Below are positions 63,185-64,000 of a stretch of 64,000 nt of DNA, piece after piece. The DNA is taken from assembly GCF_001447785.1 (NCBI RefSeq), contig NW_015163638.1, forward strand, positions 345,687-409,686. The letters run 5' to 3'. This DNA comes from Gekko japonicus. Its lineage: Eukaryota. Under the pieces are notes generated by a model. It ran no database searches and had not been told where the DNA came from. It worked only from the letters and a program-made list of their open reading frames with translations. Made by a program: the position numbers and the translations under genes. Position 1 is the first letter of the stretch. Each line of letters begins with the position of its first letter.

Positions 63185-63407
63185 TCCTGCCAACCTAGCA
63201 GTTCGAAAGCAAGAAACTGCAAGTAGATAAATAGGTACCACTTCAGTGGCAAGGTAACAGCATTCCGTGACCCTCAACGTTTAGTCATGCCGGCCACATA
63301 ACCATGGAAAAGTCTTCAGACAGCACTGGCTCTTCGGCTTGGAAATGGAGATGAGCATTGCCCCTTAGAGTTGGATTTGACTAGCTTTTGAGCAAGGGAA
63401 ACCTTTT
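63185..63407 (+). mobile_element. Sauria SINE, 5'-truncated and diverged
   Basis: 3' two-thirds of the family sequence ending gggaaaccttt. Confidence 0.85.
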
Positions 63408-63688
63408 TAAATATTAAGAAGAGGCTTCAGTCTTCCCACAGCCCCTTTCCCAGGGCCAAACTAAACTAAACGTGTTTAAACTTGGGGTCAAACTAAGCTA
63501 AACTAAAATAAACTAAATTTGTGTTCCCTGCAGCCCCACAACAGCTACAGGAAAAGGCTTCTTCTTTTTAAAAAACGAAAGAAAGATCCCAGAAGGGCTC
63601 GGAACAGCACTATGAGGGAAGGAAGGCCCCCTGCCTTTCCCCCCTAAACCATTTTTCCTTCGTGAAAACAGCACTGAGAGGAGGCATT

Positions 63689-64000
63689 TGTTAAGTCGCG
63701 TGCTTAACAAATAGTCGGAGAGTGATTTCAGCAAGAACACAACTTTATTCTTCAACTCGAACACTTCTCCAACACGGATCAACATCTGATAGCCAGAACA
63801 GCTTTAACATTGCAGCTGTCCTGCTTTTAAACATTCCCGGGTAATATAGCCACGCCCACTGTACACTTTTCAAACTTCCCGGGAAAAATAGCCACGCCCA
63901 CTGTCCACAAAACAACCAATAAGGTTGAAGCCATAAGAACCAATCACAGACGTTCCCGCTCAGGGAGCTTGCTGTAAGGTGATTGGCTAAGTGCTTCCTG
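63689..64000 (-). mobile_element. LTR 3' portion (Gypsy-like), continues beyond the right edge
   Basis: On the - strand: CCAAT boxes, duplicated GGGCGTGG boxes, TTTAAAA, AATAAA, terminal ..TTAACA. Confidence 0.6.

Noticed and set aside
44300-64000. TMEM108 or other intact neighbouring gene
   Set aside because: No recognisable exons; the ORFs here map to repeats.

Overview
Vertebrate (squamate, probably gecko) genomic DNA from a gapped draft assembly. The left third holds coding exons 1-10 of NPHP3 on the - strand (start codon at 19740; the gene runs off the left edge), with a CpG island at about 20.9-21.6 kb. The rest looks intergenic and is dense in repeats: Sauria, Squam3-like and 5S-derived SINEs; BovB, L1, L2, CR1 and Penelope fragments; hAT and PIF/Harbinger MITEs; and an LTR at the right edge. 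Once the insertions are removed, the + strand from about 22.0 to 44.2 kb shows a chain of splice-site-bounded, partly phase-compatible, stop-riddled exons. These look like a dead LRR + IQ-motif (LRRIQ3-like) gene lying head-to-head with NPHP3; this is my inference and needs a homology search. Other oddities: an (ATT)17 microsatellite sits where the acceptor and first ~15 codons of NPHP3 exon 9 should be, there is a relic Penelope hammerhead ribozyme, and 53.4-56.9 kb is a scrambled duplication/palindrome block that is probably misassembled. Family names and human comparisons are from memory; no searches were run.
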